Positions 17,202 to 25,884 of a DNA stretch of 64,000 bases are shown here, in pieces (the stretch's first letter is position 1; each line of letters starts with the position of its first letter). The notes under the pieces were generated by a model. It ran no database searches, had not been told where the DNA came from, and saw nothing but the letters and a program-made list of their open reading frames with translations. Location of the stretch: the NCBI GenBank assembly GCA_018241645.1, contig JAFEDL010000029.1, forward strand, positions 36,389 to 100,388, given 5' to 3'. The translations under genes and the position numbers were made by a program. Origin of the DNA: Pseudomonadota bacterium. Lineage in GTDB: Bacteria > Pseudomonadota > Gammaproteobacteria > Burkholderiales > SG8-39.

Positions 17202-17417
17202 ATGAGCGAAGTCTTACTCGAATCGACCCTGACCTGCCCGCACTGCGGCTACGTGAGCACGGAAACGATGCCGACGGACGCCTGCCTGTTCTTCCACGGC
17301 TGTGCCGGCTGCGGCGCGCGCCTCAAGCCCAAACCCGGCGATTGCTGCGTATTCTGCAGCTACGGTTCGGTGCCCTGCCCGCCCGTGCAGCAGGAACGGG
17401 GCTGCTGCAAAACCTGA
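17202..17417 (+). CDS. GDCCVxC-domain metal-binding protein
   Basis: 71 aa with CPHCG, GCAGCG and the GDCCVFCSYG motif. 11 Cys in total. Confidence 0.75.
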   Translation: MSEVLLESTLTCPHCGYVSTETMPTDACLFFHGCAGCGARLKPKPGDCCVFCSYGSVPCPPVQQERGCCKT

Positions 17418-17472
17418 AGGACCGCGTACAGCTTAAAATTGTGGCGTCCATCCACGGCGAACACGCCCGGCC

Positions 17473-18138
17473 ATGATCTCAAGTGCGGCAGCAGAGCAAA
17501 TCGAAACCCTGTTCCCTGCGCTGCGCGGGCTGCCCGAGGCGCTGCGCACGGCGCTGTACGCGAAGGGAGCATTGCATACCGTGCCGGCCGGCACCGCCTT
17601 GTTTTCACCGGGCGCCCCGTGCACCGGCTTTCCGCTCGTCATCGACGGCGTCGTGCGGGTGGGCAAGACCACGCCGAACGGCCGCGAGATCCTGCTCTAC
17701 CGCGTCCAGACGGGCGAAAGCTGCATCCTGTCGAGCGGGTGCCTCCTCGGCCACAGCGAGTACTCCGCAAACGGCGTGGCCGAGACCGAAGTCACGCTGT
17801 TCCACATCCCGGCCGGGCTGTTCCAGGAACTGCTGCTCGCCGTGCCGGCCTTCCGCGAGTTCGTGTTCGGCATGCTCGGCGCGCGGCTCGCGGAGGTCAT
17901 GGAACTGGTGGAGGAAGTGGCCTTCCACCGCGTCGACGAGCGCCTGGCGCGGCTGCTCGTGCATCGCGGCCCGGTGCTGAACGCCTCGCACCAGGCGATC
18001 GCCGACGAGCTGGGCAGCGCGCGCGAGGTCATCAGCCGGCTGCTGGGCAGCTTCGAGCACCGCGGCTGGGTGCAGCTCGCGCGCGAGCGGGTGACGGTGA
18101 CCGACCCGAAGGCGCTGGCGGCCCTCGCCGCAGGCTAG
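17473..18138 (+). CDS. Crp/Fnr-family transcriptional regulator (no FNR-type N-terminal Cys cluster)
   Basis: Beta-roll effector domain plus a C-terminal HTH SHQAIADELGSAREVISRLLGSF carrying the E--SR recognition motif. Confidence 0.85.
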   Translation: MISSAAAEQIETLFPALRGLPEALRTALYAKGALHTVPAGTALFSPGAPCTGFPLVIDGVVRVGKTTPNGREILLYRVQTGESCILSSGCLLGHSEYSANGVAETEVTLFHIPAGLFQELLLAVPAFREFVFGMLGARLAEVMELVEEVAFHRVDERLARLLVHRGPVLNASHQAIADELGSAREVISRLLGSFEHRGWVQLARERVTVTDPKALAALAAG

Positions 18139-18156
18139 TCCGGCGCCGCAAGTGCC

Positions 18157-18174
18157 TGTGTAACCCGGGTCACA
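18157..18174. promoter_or_regulatory. Imperfect palindrome TGTGTAACCCGGGTCACA between the crp/fnr-family gene and the DUF2892 gene
   Basis: The core ACCCGGGT is a perfect palindrome and the outer TGTG..CACA arms are CRP-like, but the spacing is not canonical. Confidence 0.25.
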
Positions 18175-18236
18175 GACATACCCGGACCCCGCTCCGACAA
18201 TGTGTGCATCAACAACCAATGCACAAGGAGTCGGAC

Positions 18237-18443
18237 ATGAAAGCGAACGTCGGTGGCGTGGACAAGGTCGGCCGGATCGCCGTGGGCGCGGGATTGCTGC
18301 TGCTGGTGGTGTTCCTCGAAGGCAATGCGCGCTGGTGGGGGCTCGTGGGCCTCGTGCCGCTGCTCACCGGGATCTTCGGCTTCTGCCCGCTGTATACGGT
18401 GCTGGGCATCAACAGCTGCCCGCTCGAGAAGAAGGCGGGGTAG
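18237..18443 (+). CDS. DUF2892 (YgaP-like) small membrane protein
   Basis: MKANVGGVDKVGRIAVGAGLLLL...FGFCPLYTVLGINSCP. AAGGAG RBS upstream. Confidence 0.7.
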   Translation: MKANVGGVDKVGRIAVGAGLLLLVVFLEGNARWWGLVGLVPLLTGIFGFCPLYTVLGINSCPLEKKAG

Positions 18444-18483
18444 TTCCCCGCCGCAGGGAGCAGACCAAACCGGGAGGCAGATC

Positions 18484-18873
18484 ATGAGCAAGTACGTATT
18501 CGGCAAGACAGTGAACTTGACCTATGAAAAGGCAATCGAGGCCGTCACGGCTGCCCTCGCCAAGGAAGGCTTCGGCGTACTGACCGAGATCGACGTGGCG
18601 GCGACGCTGAAGAAGAAGCTCGGCCTCGAGCGGCCCGCCTACAAGATCCTCGGCGCCTGCAATCCGCAGTTCGCCGCGCGCGCCCTTGAGTTCGAGCCCC
18701 AGATCGGCGCGCTGCTCCCGTGCAACGTCGTCGTGCGCGTGGACGAAACCGGAAAGACGGTGGTCGAGTTCATGGACCCCAACGCCGTGCTGCAGCTGGT
18801 GGACCGGCCCGGGGTGGATGAAATCGCCGCTGAGGTGCGCGCCCGGCTGGTACGCGTGATGGACGCGCTGTGA
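18484..18873 (+). CDS. DUF302-domain protein (cytoplasmic form)
   Basis: FGVLTEIDVAATLKKKLG...YKILGACNP...LPCNVVV is typical of DUF302. Confidence 0.75.
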   Translation: MSKYVFGKTVNLTYEKAIEAVTAALAKEGFGVLTEIDVAATLKKKLGLERPAYKILGACNPQFAARALEFEPQIGALLPCNVVVRVDETGKTVVEFMDPNAVLQLVDRPGVDEIAAEVRARLVRVMDAL

Positions 18874-19097
18874 AAACCGGCAATCCCCAGGAGGCGGCCC
18901 GCGGGCCGCTCGTTCTCCAGATCCTGCAGGCGATCTTCTGGTCGTTTTTCGGCGTGCGCAAGCGCGTCGACCTGCAGGCCGACTTCGCCCGGCTGCCCGT
19001 CGTCCCGGTCATCGTGGCCGGCGTGATCGCAGCCGCGCTGCTAGTCGGGGGCGTGCTGCTCGCCGTCCGGCTGGTACTGGCGCAGGCCACGGCTTAG
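18870..19097 (+). CDS. DUF2970-like small membrane protein
   Basis: 75 aa, SFFGVRKRVDLQADF followed by one TM segment. 4-nt overlap with the previous gene. Confidence 0.5.
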   Translation: MKTGNPQEAARGPLVLQILQAIFWSFFGVRKRVDLQADFARLPVVPVIVAGVIAAALLVGGVLLAVRLVLAQATA

Positions 19098-19182
19098 TTC
19101 CCGCGCAGCCGGGTTGATCCATGTCAACGGGCGGATCGCCCCGCGGCGCATCATTTGCCCGATTCGCGCCGGGAGCCCGAGC

Positions 19183-19638
19183 ATGAGCGAAAACGCCAGC
19201 GTCACCATCACCCAGAAGAGCAACTACCAGTTCCTCGTCGATTTCGGCGCCGGCATTCCGCACGTGCTGGCCGACGAGCCCGTGCCGCTGGGCGCGGGCG
19301 AAGGGCCTTCGCCGAACCAGCTCCTGCTCGCCGCAGTCACCAACTGCCTGTCGGCCAGCCTGTTCTTCGCGCTGAACAAGTTCAAGCAGGATGCCGGCGG
19401 CATCACCACCACGGGCACCGCGATCGTCGGCCGCGACGCCGACAAGCGCCTGAGGGTGAACGAAATCGACGTCACCATCCGGCTCGGCAAGCCGGGCGGA
19501 GACATCGAGCACCTCGATCGCATCCTCGCCCAGTTCGAAGCCTTCTGCACCGTCACCCAGAGCGTGCGCCACGGAATCCCGGTGGTCATCGCGGTGGAGG
19601 ACGGCCAGGGCGTGCGGGTGGACAAGCCCGCGCCCTAG
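19183..19638 (+). CDS. OsmC-family peroxiredoxin-like protein
   Basis: PSPNQLLLAAVTNCLSASL ... FEAFCTVTQSV, the two conserved Cys regions of OsmC/Ohr. Confidence 0.8.
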   Translation: MSENASVTITQKSNYQFLVDFGAGIPHVLADEPVPLGAGEGPSPNQLLLAAVTNCLSASLFFALNKFKQDAGGITTTGTAIVGRDADKRLRVNEIDVTIRLGKPGGDIEHLDRILAQFEAFCTVTQSVRHGIPVVIAVEDGQGVRVDKPAP

Positions 19639-19669
19639 CAACCCATCCAAGCCAAACCCGGAGAAGACC

Positions 19670-20854
19670 ATGACCACACGCGAAATCGTTCTGTGCAATC
19701 CCGTGCGCACCGCCATCGGCACCTACGGCGGCTCGCTCAAGGACACGGCGGCCCCGGCGCTCGGCGCCGCCGTGATCCGCGAAACCCTCAAGCGTTCCGG
19801 CCTCGCCGCTGACAAGGTGCAGGCGCTGGTGATGGGCAACGTCATCCAGGCGGGCGTGAAGATGAACCCGGCGCGCCAGGCGGGCATCGGCGCCGGGCTC
19901 CCCGTTACGGTTCCGGCGCTGACCGTGAACCGCGTGTGCGGTTCGGGCGCGCAGGGCATCGTCAGCGCGGCGCTGGAGATCTCGGCGGGCATGCTCGACT
20001 GCGCGATCGCGGGCGGCATGGAGAACATGGACCGCGCCCCCTACCTGATGCCGCAGGCGCGCTGGGGCGCCCGCATGGGCGACGTCACGTCCTACGACTC
20101 CATGCTGTACGACGGGCTCAACGACGCGTTCTCCGGCCAGCATTCGGGCTGGCACACCGAGGACCTCGTGGCGAAGAACAACGTCAGCCGCGCCGACCAG
20201 GACCGCTGGGCGCTGCGTTCGCAGCAGCGGTTTTCCGCGGCGCAGGCAGCGGGAAAATTCGGCGCCGAGATCGTGCCGTTCGAAGTGCCCGGCAGGAAGG
20301 GCCCGACCGTCTTCGACAAGGACGAGCACAACCGGCCGGAGACCACGGCGGAAAGCCTTGCCAAACTGAAGCCCGCATTCCGCAAGGAAGGCACCATCAC
20401 CGCCGGCAACGCGCCCGGGCTGAACACCGGCGCCGCGGCGATGATCGTCGCCGAGCGCGGCTGGGCCGAAAAGAACGGCCTCAAGCCGATGGCGAAACTG
20501 GTGTCCTACGGCGTGGGCGCGGTGGAACCCGGCTTCTTCGGCCTCGGTCCAGTGCCCGCGGTGCGCCAGGCGCTCGAGCGCGCCGGCTGGAAGGTGGGCG
20601 ACGTGCAGCGCGTCGAGATCAACGAGGCCTTTGCGGCCATCGCGCTCGCATGCCTGCGCGAGCTGGGCTTTGCCGAGGACATCGTCAACGTCGAGGGTGG
20701 CGCGATCGCCCATGGCCACCCGATCGGCGCTTCGGGCGCGGTGCTGGCCACGCGCCTCATGCACTCGATGCAGCGCGACGGCCTGAAGCGGGGCATCGTC
20801 ACGCTGTGCATCGGCGGCGGCCAGGGCATCGCGCTGGCGCTCGAGATGCTTTGA
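19670..20854 (+). CDS. Acetyl-CoA C-acetyltransferase (thiolase II)
   Basis: 394 aa. VNRVCGSG active-site Cys, NEAFAA, GGAIAHGHPIGASG, CIGGGQGIA. Confidence 0.95.
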   Translation: MTTREIVLCNPVRTAIGTYGGSLKDTAAPALGAAVIRETLKRSGLAADKVQALVMGNVIQAGVKMNPARQAGIGAGLPVTVPALTVNRVCGSGAQGIVSAALEISAGMLDCAIAGGMENMDRAPYLMPQARWGARMGDVTSYDSMLYDGLNDAFSGQHSGWHTEDLVAKNNVSRADQDRWALRSQQRFSAAQAAGKFGAEIVPFEVPGRKGPTVFDKDEHNRPETTAESLAKLKPAFRKEGTITAGNAPGLNTGAAAMIVAERGWAEKNGLKPMAKLVSYGVGAVEPGFFGLGPVPAVRQALERAGWKVGDVQRVEINEAFAAIALACLRELGFAEDIVNVEGGAIAHGHPIGASGAVLATRLMHSMQRDGLKRGIVTLCIGGGQGIALALEML

Positions 20855-20895
20855 GAACCGGCGGGCAGCCTTAGCAGGCCGCGGCGGATTGCGGC

Positions 20896-21399
20896 CTACT
20901 TGAGCCGGTAGGCGGCGTGGCAGGCCACGCAGGCCTGCGTAGTCACGGCAAGCGCGGCGAGGGCCGGCTTGAGGTCGCCGGTCGCCGAGGCGTTCTGCGC
21001 CTCCAGCGCAAACTTGCTCGCGCTTCGATGCATGGCGGTGCCGATGTCCTGCATCCCTTTCGGCATGAACTTCTCCACCTCGTGGGCGCCATGCAGCTTC
21101 AGCGAGCTCATCCCGAGGCGCTCTTCCGCGGTCCTGCCCGCGGCGTCGAACGCACCCTTTGAAAGGGCCTCCTGGATTTCCGCGACCGCAAGCAGGTGGT
21201 CCCGCATGTTGGCCAGCGTGTGCTCGCGCAGCATCGCCGGGAACCGGACCGGGACGCGCCCGTCCGCAGCGGGCTTTTGCGCCGCCGCCATGTGCATGGC
21301 GGGGTCGTGCTGGTGCTGCGCCGGGGCGGGAATGGCCGCGACGCACAGGCTGGTCCCGAGGATGCAGGCCACGATCGATCTGCGTACTTGCATGAACAC
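20896..21399 (-). CDS. Class II (cytochrome c-prime-like) c-type cytochrome with a His/Met-rich N-terminal segment
   Basis: Signal peptide, and a single C-terminal heme site CVACHAAYRLK as in four-helix-bundle class II cytochromes. The mature N-terminus reads QHQHDPAMHM. Confidence 0.6.
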   Translation of the reverse strand: MFMQVRRSIVACILGTSLCVAAIPAPAQHQHDPAMHMAAAQKPAADGRVPVRFPAMLREHTLANMRDHLLAVAEIQEALSKGAFDAAGRTAEERLGMSSLKLHGAHEVEKFMPKGMQDIGTAMHRSASKFALEAQNASATGDLKPALAALAVTTQACVACHAAYRLK

Positions 21400-21415
21400 T
21401 CTCCGGTAAACGACG

Positions 21416-22075
21416 TCAGGTGTAGAGCCCGGGCGAAGCCGCGAACACCTGACCGCAGTGCTTGGAACAAAACCAGTAAGTCTTGCCGCCGTGCTCGACC
21501 CTGGCGGCCGCGCTGTCGACGTCCACCTGCATGCGGCAGACCGGGTCGATTGCTATGGTTGCGCGGGCCTCGTCCGCCTGCACGAGCTCGAAGAGGTCCA
21601 CCGGATGGGCCACGTTCTTGAAATGCTGCTCGCCGAGCGGGCGGCAGTCCACGCCTGCAACCGCGGCAATTGCGCCGGCGATCGGCGCGGTGCACAGGAT
21701 CTGCTCGCCGGCGGCGTGCGACGTCAGCCGCGCGGTCAGGTTGATCGGCCCGCCGAACAGCCGTGCCTCGCGCTCCACGATCGGCCCGCGGTGGATGCCG
21801 GTGCTGACCCGCGGGAACCCCGGCTCGCGGCCCACCGCCTCGCGCAGGCGCAACGCGGTGCGCACCACCGCAAGCGTGTCCTCGCCGGCGCAGAACACCG
21901 AGTCGCCGATGCTGTCGACGATGCGCACGCCGGGCTCCAGGCTCGCCTCCACCAGCCGCACGAAGCGCAGGACCGTCTCGGAAGCCTGCAGCGCGCCGTG
22001 CGTCTCGGTCAGCGCCGTGTAGCCGCACAGGTCGGCCATCATCAGGGCAAGGTCGAGCTCGCGCGCTTCGCTCAT
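21416..22075 (-). CDS. Soluble class III adenylate/guanylate cyclase fused to a C-terminal YHS/TRASH metal-binding domain
   Basis: Cyclase motifs MMADLCGYTALTE, IGDSVFC and GGPINLTARL. The C-terminus reads IDPVCRMQVDVDSAAARVEHGGKTYWFCSKHCGQVF. Confidence 0.8.
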   Translation of the reverse strand: MSEARELDLALMMADLCGYTALTETHGALQASETVLRFVRLVEASLEPGVRIVDSIGDSVFCAGEDTLAVVRTALRLREAVGREPGFPRVSTGIHRGPIVEREARLFGGPINLTARLTSHAAGEQILCTAPIAGAIAAVAGVDCRPLGEQHFKNVAHPVDLFELVQADEARATIAIDPVCRMQVDVDSAAARVEHGGKTYWFCSKHCGQVFAASPGLYT

Positions 22076-22186
22076 CCCGGCCTGTCCGATAAATGTTTGA
22101 CTTTAATTTCTAGAGATTGGCTGCTGGAGCCGCTTCCAGGCCGGATGGATTGCCTTTTACGGAAATTATCATGGCGCAGTTGCGGA

Positions 22187-22588
22187 TCAACGCCGCGATC
22201 CTGGCCTGCCATCCGGGCGCCGCTCCAACCGCTCGACGACGAAGTCGCCGTCCTTGTTCGGCAGCCCGCCCATCTCGAATTCTATCTCGTCGCCCTTCTT
22301 TAGTCCTTCGAGCAGCCTCTTGTCGGCGACCGCAAAGCCCATTTGCATTGCGTCCATGCGCATCGAGGGGATCGGTTCATGCTTGAGCTCGAGATAGCCG
22401 TCAGGCGCACTTACCCCCGTCACTATGCCGCGACCTTTGTGCAGCACTGCGGCCGGTTTGGCTGTTTCCTGCCGTGGCACGATCGGGGCCTGGACGGGCT
22501 GCATTTCGTGCGTGGAAAAGCGGTAACCACCCACCGCGATGCCGGCGACCACTACGACAACAATGACAATGACCAACAGCGCTTTCAC
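22187..22588 (-). CDS. Membrane-anchored CusF-like copper-binding protein
   Basis: N-terminal TM segment, then LELKHEPIPSMRMDAMQMGFAV, which resembles the CusF H-x..-M-x-M site. Confidence 0.6.
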   Translation of the reverse strand: MKALLVIVIVVVVVAGIAVGGYRFSTHEMQPVQAPIVPRQETAKPAAVLHKGRGIVTGVSAPDGYLELKHEPIPSMRMDAMQMGFAVADKRLLEGLKKGDEIEFEMGGLPNKDGDFVVERLERRPDGRPGSRR

Positions 22589-22649
22589 GGGCTAGCCTCC
22601 ACCGGATAAAGAAAGGCCCGGGCCCCGCACAAGGCTCGTGGGCTCAAAA

Positions 22650-23429
22650 TCAGGTTTCTCCACGCTTCCAGAGCAATTCGTGCACTCGATGAAACCCGCT
22701 GAAACCCTTTAGACGGCAGACGCCCACCTGCCGCAGCGTGAATCCAGCCGATCCCAGTTCCTTGACCGCGTCCTCATCCAGGAAAACCCGATTGCGGTCC
22801 GGGATTTCAGTCAGGCGCTCTTCCCCGTCGACTTTCACGAATGCTTCATCAGGCACGCCCATCAACCGGAAGGCCTCGTTGATCACGGCTCCGTGGCGAG
22901 ACCCGCGCGAATCGAGCAGAATCTGCCCATAAGTAATTGCGGCCCTGACCTCAAGCATCGGGCCCGGGGCCATTTCCGGCGGGCGGTCTTGCAGGCCCCG
23001 CAACAGTTCGGTGGCCGCCCGCGCGGCGGCAGGGACCGAGGGAAACGCCATCATGCTCCCGTCTCCCGTATTTTCCACGAACGAAACGCCGTTTGACTTG
23101 CCCGCGGCGAGCGCGCGCCGTTCGAGTACGTTGCGCGCGCGCATTGCCAGTTCTTCCCCATGATGCGTCGCCAGCCAGGTCGAATTCACCAAATCGACCG
23201 CCAGGATCGACTCTACGGTCACTGCGGCCGGCGCGCGCTGCCAGCGCCGCCGGGACCAGGCGCGATGCGCGAGCACTCCGGCAACTGCAGCGCTCGCGCC
23301 TACCAGCACGTGCGACAGCCACTCGAGGAGCCAGTCCACCGGCAAGTGCACCGGCGGAATCATATCCGCCATGGCGCTTTGTGCCCCGAGCAAGCCGCCG
23401 ATCGCTACCACGGCAACTACTACGGGCAT
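22650..23429 (-). CDS. Membrane-anchored class III cyclase-homology-domain protein
   Basis: Start MPVVVAVVAIGG. Two TM segments, then AVDLVNSTWLAT...ENTGDGSMMAF. The upstream part of the 400-aa ORF overlaps the Prs-family gene and was discarded. Confidence 0.65.
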   Translation of the reverse strand: MPVVVAVVAIGGLLGAQSAMADMIPPVHLPVDWLLEWLSHVLVGASAAVAGVLAHRAWSRRRWQRAPAAVTVESILAVDLVNSTWLATHHGEELAMRARNVLERRALAAGKSNGVSFVENTGDGSMMAFPSVPAAARAATELLRGLQDRPPEMAPGPMLEVRAAITYGQILLDSRGSRHGAVINEAFRLMGVPDEAFVKVDGEERLTEIPDRNRVFLDEDAVKELGSAGFTLRQVGVCRLKGFSGFHRVHELLWKRGET

Positions 23430-23443
23430 CGGCTTGCGCGTAC

Positions 23444-24370
23444 TCACACGGCTGCCTTTCCGTCGATGGCCGGGGACGCGCCGTTGCCAAGCAGGCCCGC
23501 AACGGACGCGCAAAGCACCCCCTCGAGGGCAATGGCGTTCGTGGGGTGCGGAATGGTGTCGCAACTTACGACGCGACCGGCGCCGGCGGCGTGCAGCGCA
23601 TGGAGCGCGTCGCCGGCAAAGACCGCATGCACGGCAATGCACACCGGTGGCGCGAGGCCCGCCTCGCGCAGGTGGCGCACCGCCGCGATCATAGTGCGCG
23701 CCGTGGATACAATGTCGTCCACCAGTACCGGCGTGCGGCCGGCGAGCTTTGCCGGTTCCGGGACCGACACCTCCACGTCGCGGTCGCCGCGGCGCCGCTT
23801 GGCGAGCACGATGCTCGGTACGCCCGCGAGGGACGCTACTTCTTCCACCCACTGCGCGCTCTCCTGGTCCGGCCCGACCAGCACCGGTGCCGGGACGTTT
23901 TCACGCAGCCATGCGGCGATCACCGGTGCGGAATGCGCGGCGCGCGCGGGGATTGAGTAGAGCTCCGCCAGGTGCGCGAAGCGGTGCAGGTGCGGGTCGA
24001 CCGTGACCAGCCAGTCGAAGTGCAGCTCGATCCACTGCGCAAATACCTTCGCGCTCACGCATTCTCCCGGAGTAAATCGGGCGTCTTGGCGCATGTACGC
24101 GAGATACGGCGCAACCAACCCTACCCGCAAGGCGCCCGACTCCCTCGCGGCCGATGCCAGGAGCAAGAGCTGCGCGATTCGTCCATCCGGCCTGTCGAGC
24201 GTGCAGACCAGGATCGCGTCGCGACCGGAAACCGCAGTTTCGACGCGCACATACGACTCATCGTCCGGAAAGCGCCGCACGGTGCAAGCGCCACGCTCGG
24301 CCGACAACCGCGCCGAAAGCGCATCGGCCATCGCCTCGTTACCCGGGAATGCGAACACGACCGGCGTCAC
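23444..24370 (-). CDS. prs: Ribose-phosphate pyrophosphokinase-family protein
   Basis: 308 aa. VAPYLAYMRQD, VTVDPHLH, and the PRPP-binding loop VLVDDIVSTARTM. Confidence 0.85.
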   Translation of the reverse strand: MTPVVFAFPGNEAMADALSARLSAERGACTVRRFPDDESYVRVETAVSGRDAILVCTLDRPDGRIAQLLLLASAARESGALRVGLVAPYLAYMRQDARFTPGECVSAKVFAQWIELHFDWLVTVDPHLHRFAHLAELYSIPARAAHSAPVIAAWLRENVPAPVLVGPDQESAQWVEEVASLAGVPSIVLAKRRRGDRDVEVSVPEPAKLAGRTPVLVDDIVSTARTMIAAVRHLREAGLAPPVCIAVHAVFAGDALHALHAAGAGRVVSCDTIPHPTNAIALEGVLCASVAGLLGNGASPAIDGKAAV

Positions 24371-25884
24371 GAGTCCCGCTCCACATGAATCAGCATCGGA
24401 TGCGCCTTGACGTAAGCAAGCGCGTAGTCGAGTTCACCCGGTGAATCGGCGTGTAGCGTGAACAGGGGTTCGCCTCGGGCAATCCGCGCGCCGAGACGAA
24501 CGTGCAGGTCGATTCCAGCCCCCGGATCCCGCGGCGCTCCGGCGAGTTTTCCTGCCCGAGCGAGGCTGCGATTGTCTATGGAAATTACCGTACCGCCGTA
24601 CGCGGCGGGCCAGGGCCGCGTATGCGCTGCGTGGGGCAACTCGCGCAGCCCGCCTTGCGCCTCGCAGATGGCCTCGAACTTGCGCCATGCCGCACCACTG
24701 TCCAGAATTTGCCTCGCGCGCAAGATTCCCTTGTCGAATGGAGCCGCCGCGAGATGCTCGAGCAACGCACCGGCCAGGGCCAGCGCCCGCTCTCGAAGAT
24801 CCGCCGGCGCGGCGCGCTCGCCGCGCAGGACCTGCAGCACATCACGCGCTTCCAGTGCCGGCCCGATTCCACGACCGACCGGCTGCGTTCCGTCAGTGAC
24901 GATGATCTTTGCCAGGAGCCCGACCCGGGCAGCTACGTGCTCGAGCGTCTCACCCAGTGCGCGCGCCGCCGCCGGCGAGCGAACCTTGGCTGTCGGGCCG
25001 ACCGGAATGTCGATGATTGCGTGCGTCGATCCGGCCGCGACCTTCTTCGAAATGACCGAGGCAACGAGTTGCGCGCCGCTGTCCAGGTCCAGCGGCCGCT
25101 CCACGCGAATAAGGGCATCGTCCGCGGGGCTCAGCCCCACTGCACCACCCCATACAATGCAACCGCCCTCCCGCTCCACCACGCGGCGGATTGACGCGAG
25201 GTCAAGGTCGACGGGGGCAAGCGTTTCCATCGTGTCCGCCGTCCCAGCGGGCGACGTGATCGCCCGGGACGAAGTCTTGGGCATCGTCAGGCCGGCAGCG
25301 GCGAGGATCGGGACCACGATCAACGTCGTCCGATTGCCCGGAAGTCCACCGACGCAGTGCTTATCCGCAATCTTCTCGCCGCGCGGCCACGCCAGCCTGT
25401 CTCCCGAATCGATCATCGCCCGCGTGAGCCCGACGATCTCCTCACGATCAAGCCGCCCGCCGGCGCAGGCGGATACGAAAGCCGCGAGCTGGATATCGGC
25501 GTAGCGTCCCGCGGCGATATCCTCGACGATGGCCCGCAGGTCTGCGTCGCTGAGCCGCTCCCCGTACAGCTTGCCGCGCACCCGAGCCAATGATTCGATC
25601 AGCGGCATCGGCTCGACTTCCAAAAGCTCCCCGTCGCGCGCGCCGAACTTGCGCCACGCGCTTTCCGAAAGCCCCGCCTCGCCCGGCGAGACAATGGACG
25701 ATTCGACCACGTTAAGGGTCGCAATCAACTCCACGCCATTGCAGCGCAGAAGGACGCGCGACTGGGCGGCAAAGCCCTCGGACCGGCATACGTGGCAATC
25801 GCGATGCATGTAGACGACCGCTTCCTGGTAGGTGTCGATGCCAACCCGCTTTAGGCGAAGCGAATGGGAGCCATGACCGTTCAT
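24367..25884 (-). CDS. Thymidine phosphorylase-family protein, long form (AMP-phosphorylase-like N-terminal extension)
   Basis: Start MNGHGSHSLRLKRVGIDT. DKHCVGGLPGNRTT and SSRAITSPAGTADTME motifs. 4-nt overlaps with both neighbouring genes. Confidence 0.85.
   Translation of the reverse strand: MNGHGSHSLRLKRVGIDTYQEAVVYMHRDCHVCRSEGFAAQSRVLLRCNGVELIATLNVVESSIVSPGEAGLSESAWRKFGARDGELLEVEPMPLIESLARVRGKLYGERLSDADLRAIVEDIAAGRYADIQLAAFVSACAGGRLDREEIVGLTRAMIDSGDRLAWPRGEKIADKHCVGGLPGNRTTLIVVPILAAAGLTMPKTSSRAITSPAGTADTMETLAPVDLDLASIRRVVEREGGCIVWGGAVGLSPADDALIRVERPLDLDSGAQLVASVISKKVAAGSTHAIIDIPVGPTAKVRSPAAARALGETLEHVAARVGLLAKIIVTDGTQPVGRGIGPALEARDVLQVLRGERAAPADLRERALALAGALLEHLAAAPFDKGILRARQILDSGAAWRKFEAICEAQGGLRELPHAAHTRPWPAAYGGTVISIDNRSLARAGKLAGAPRDPGAGIDLHVRLGARIARGEPLFTLHADSPGELDYALAYVKAHPMLIHVERDS

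Noticed and set aside
17473-18138. Calling the regulator a genuine oxygen-sensing FNR, or a cAMP-binding CRP.
   Set aside because: It lacks the N-terminal Cys cluster of FNR. The CRP phosphate-binding Arg position reads Tyr. Only a family-level call is justified.
22076-22186. Looked for FNR or CueR boxes in the 111-nt AT-richer gap upstream of the YHS-cyclase gene, and in the 29241..29324 and 56731..56784 gaps.
   Set aside because: The only partial matches (for example TTGATCCGCAACTG) have a failed second half-site. Nothing there is reportable.
22650-23852. Extended N-termini of several track ORFs: 22650..23852, 24367..26061, 30705..32324, 52482..53240, 60318..62423, 3134..3799, 3685..4341, 10929..11822.
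   Set aside because: The upstream parts are Arg-rich, overlap the neighbouring genes and lack RBS. Internal starts with an RBS, a signal peptide or stop/start overlaps were used instead.
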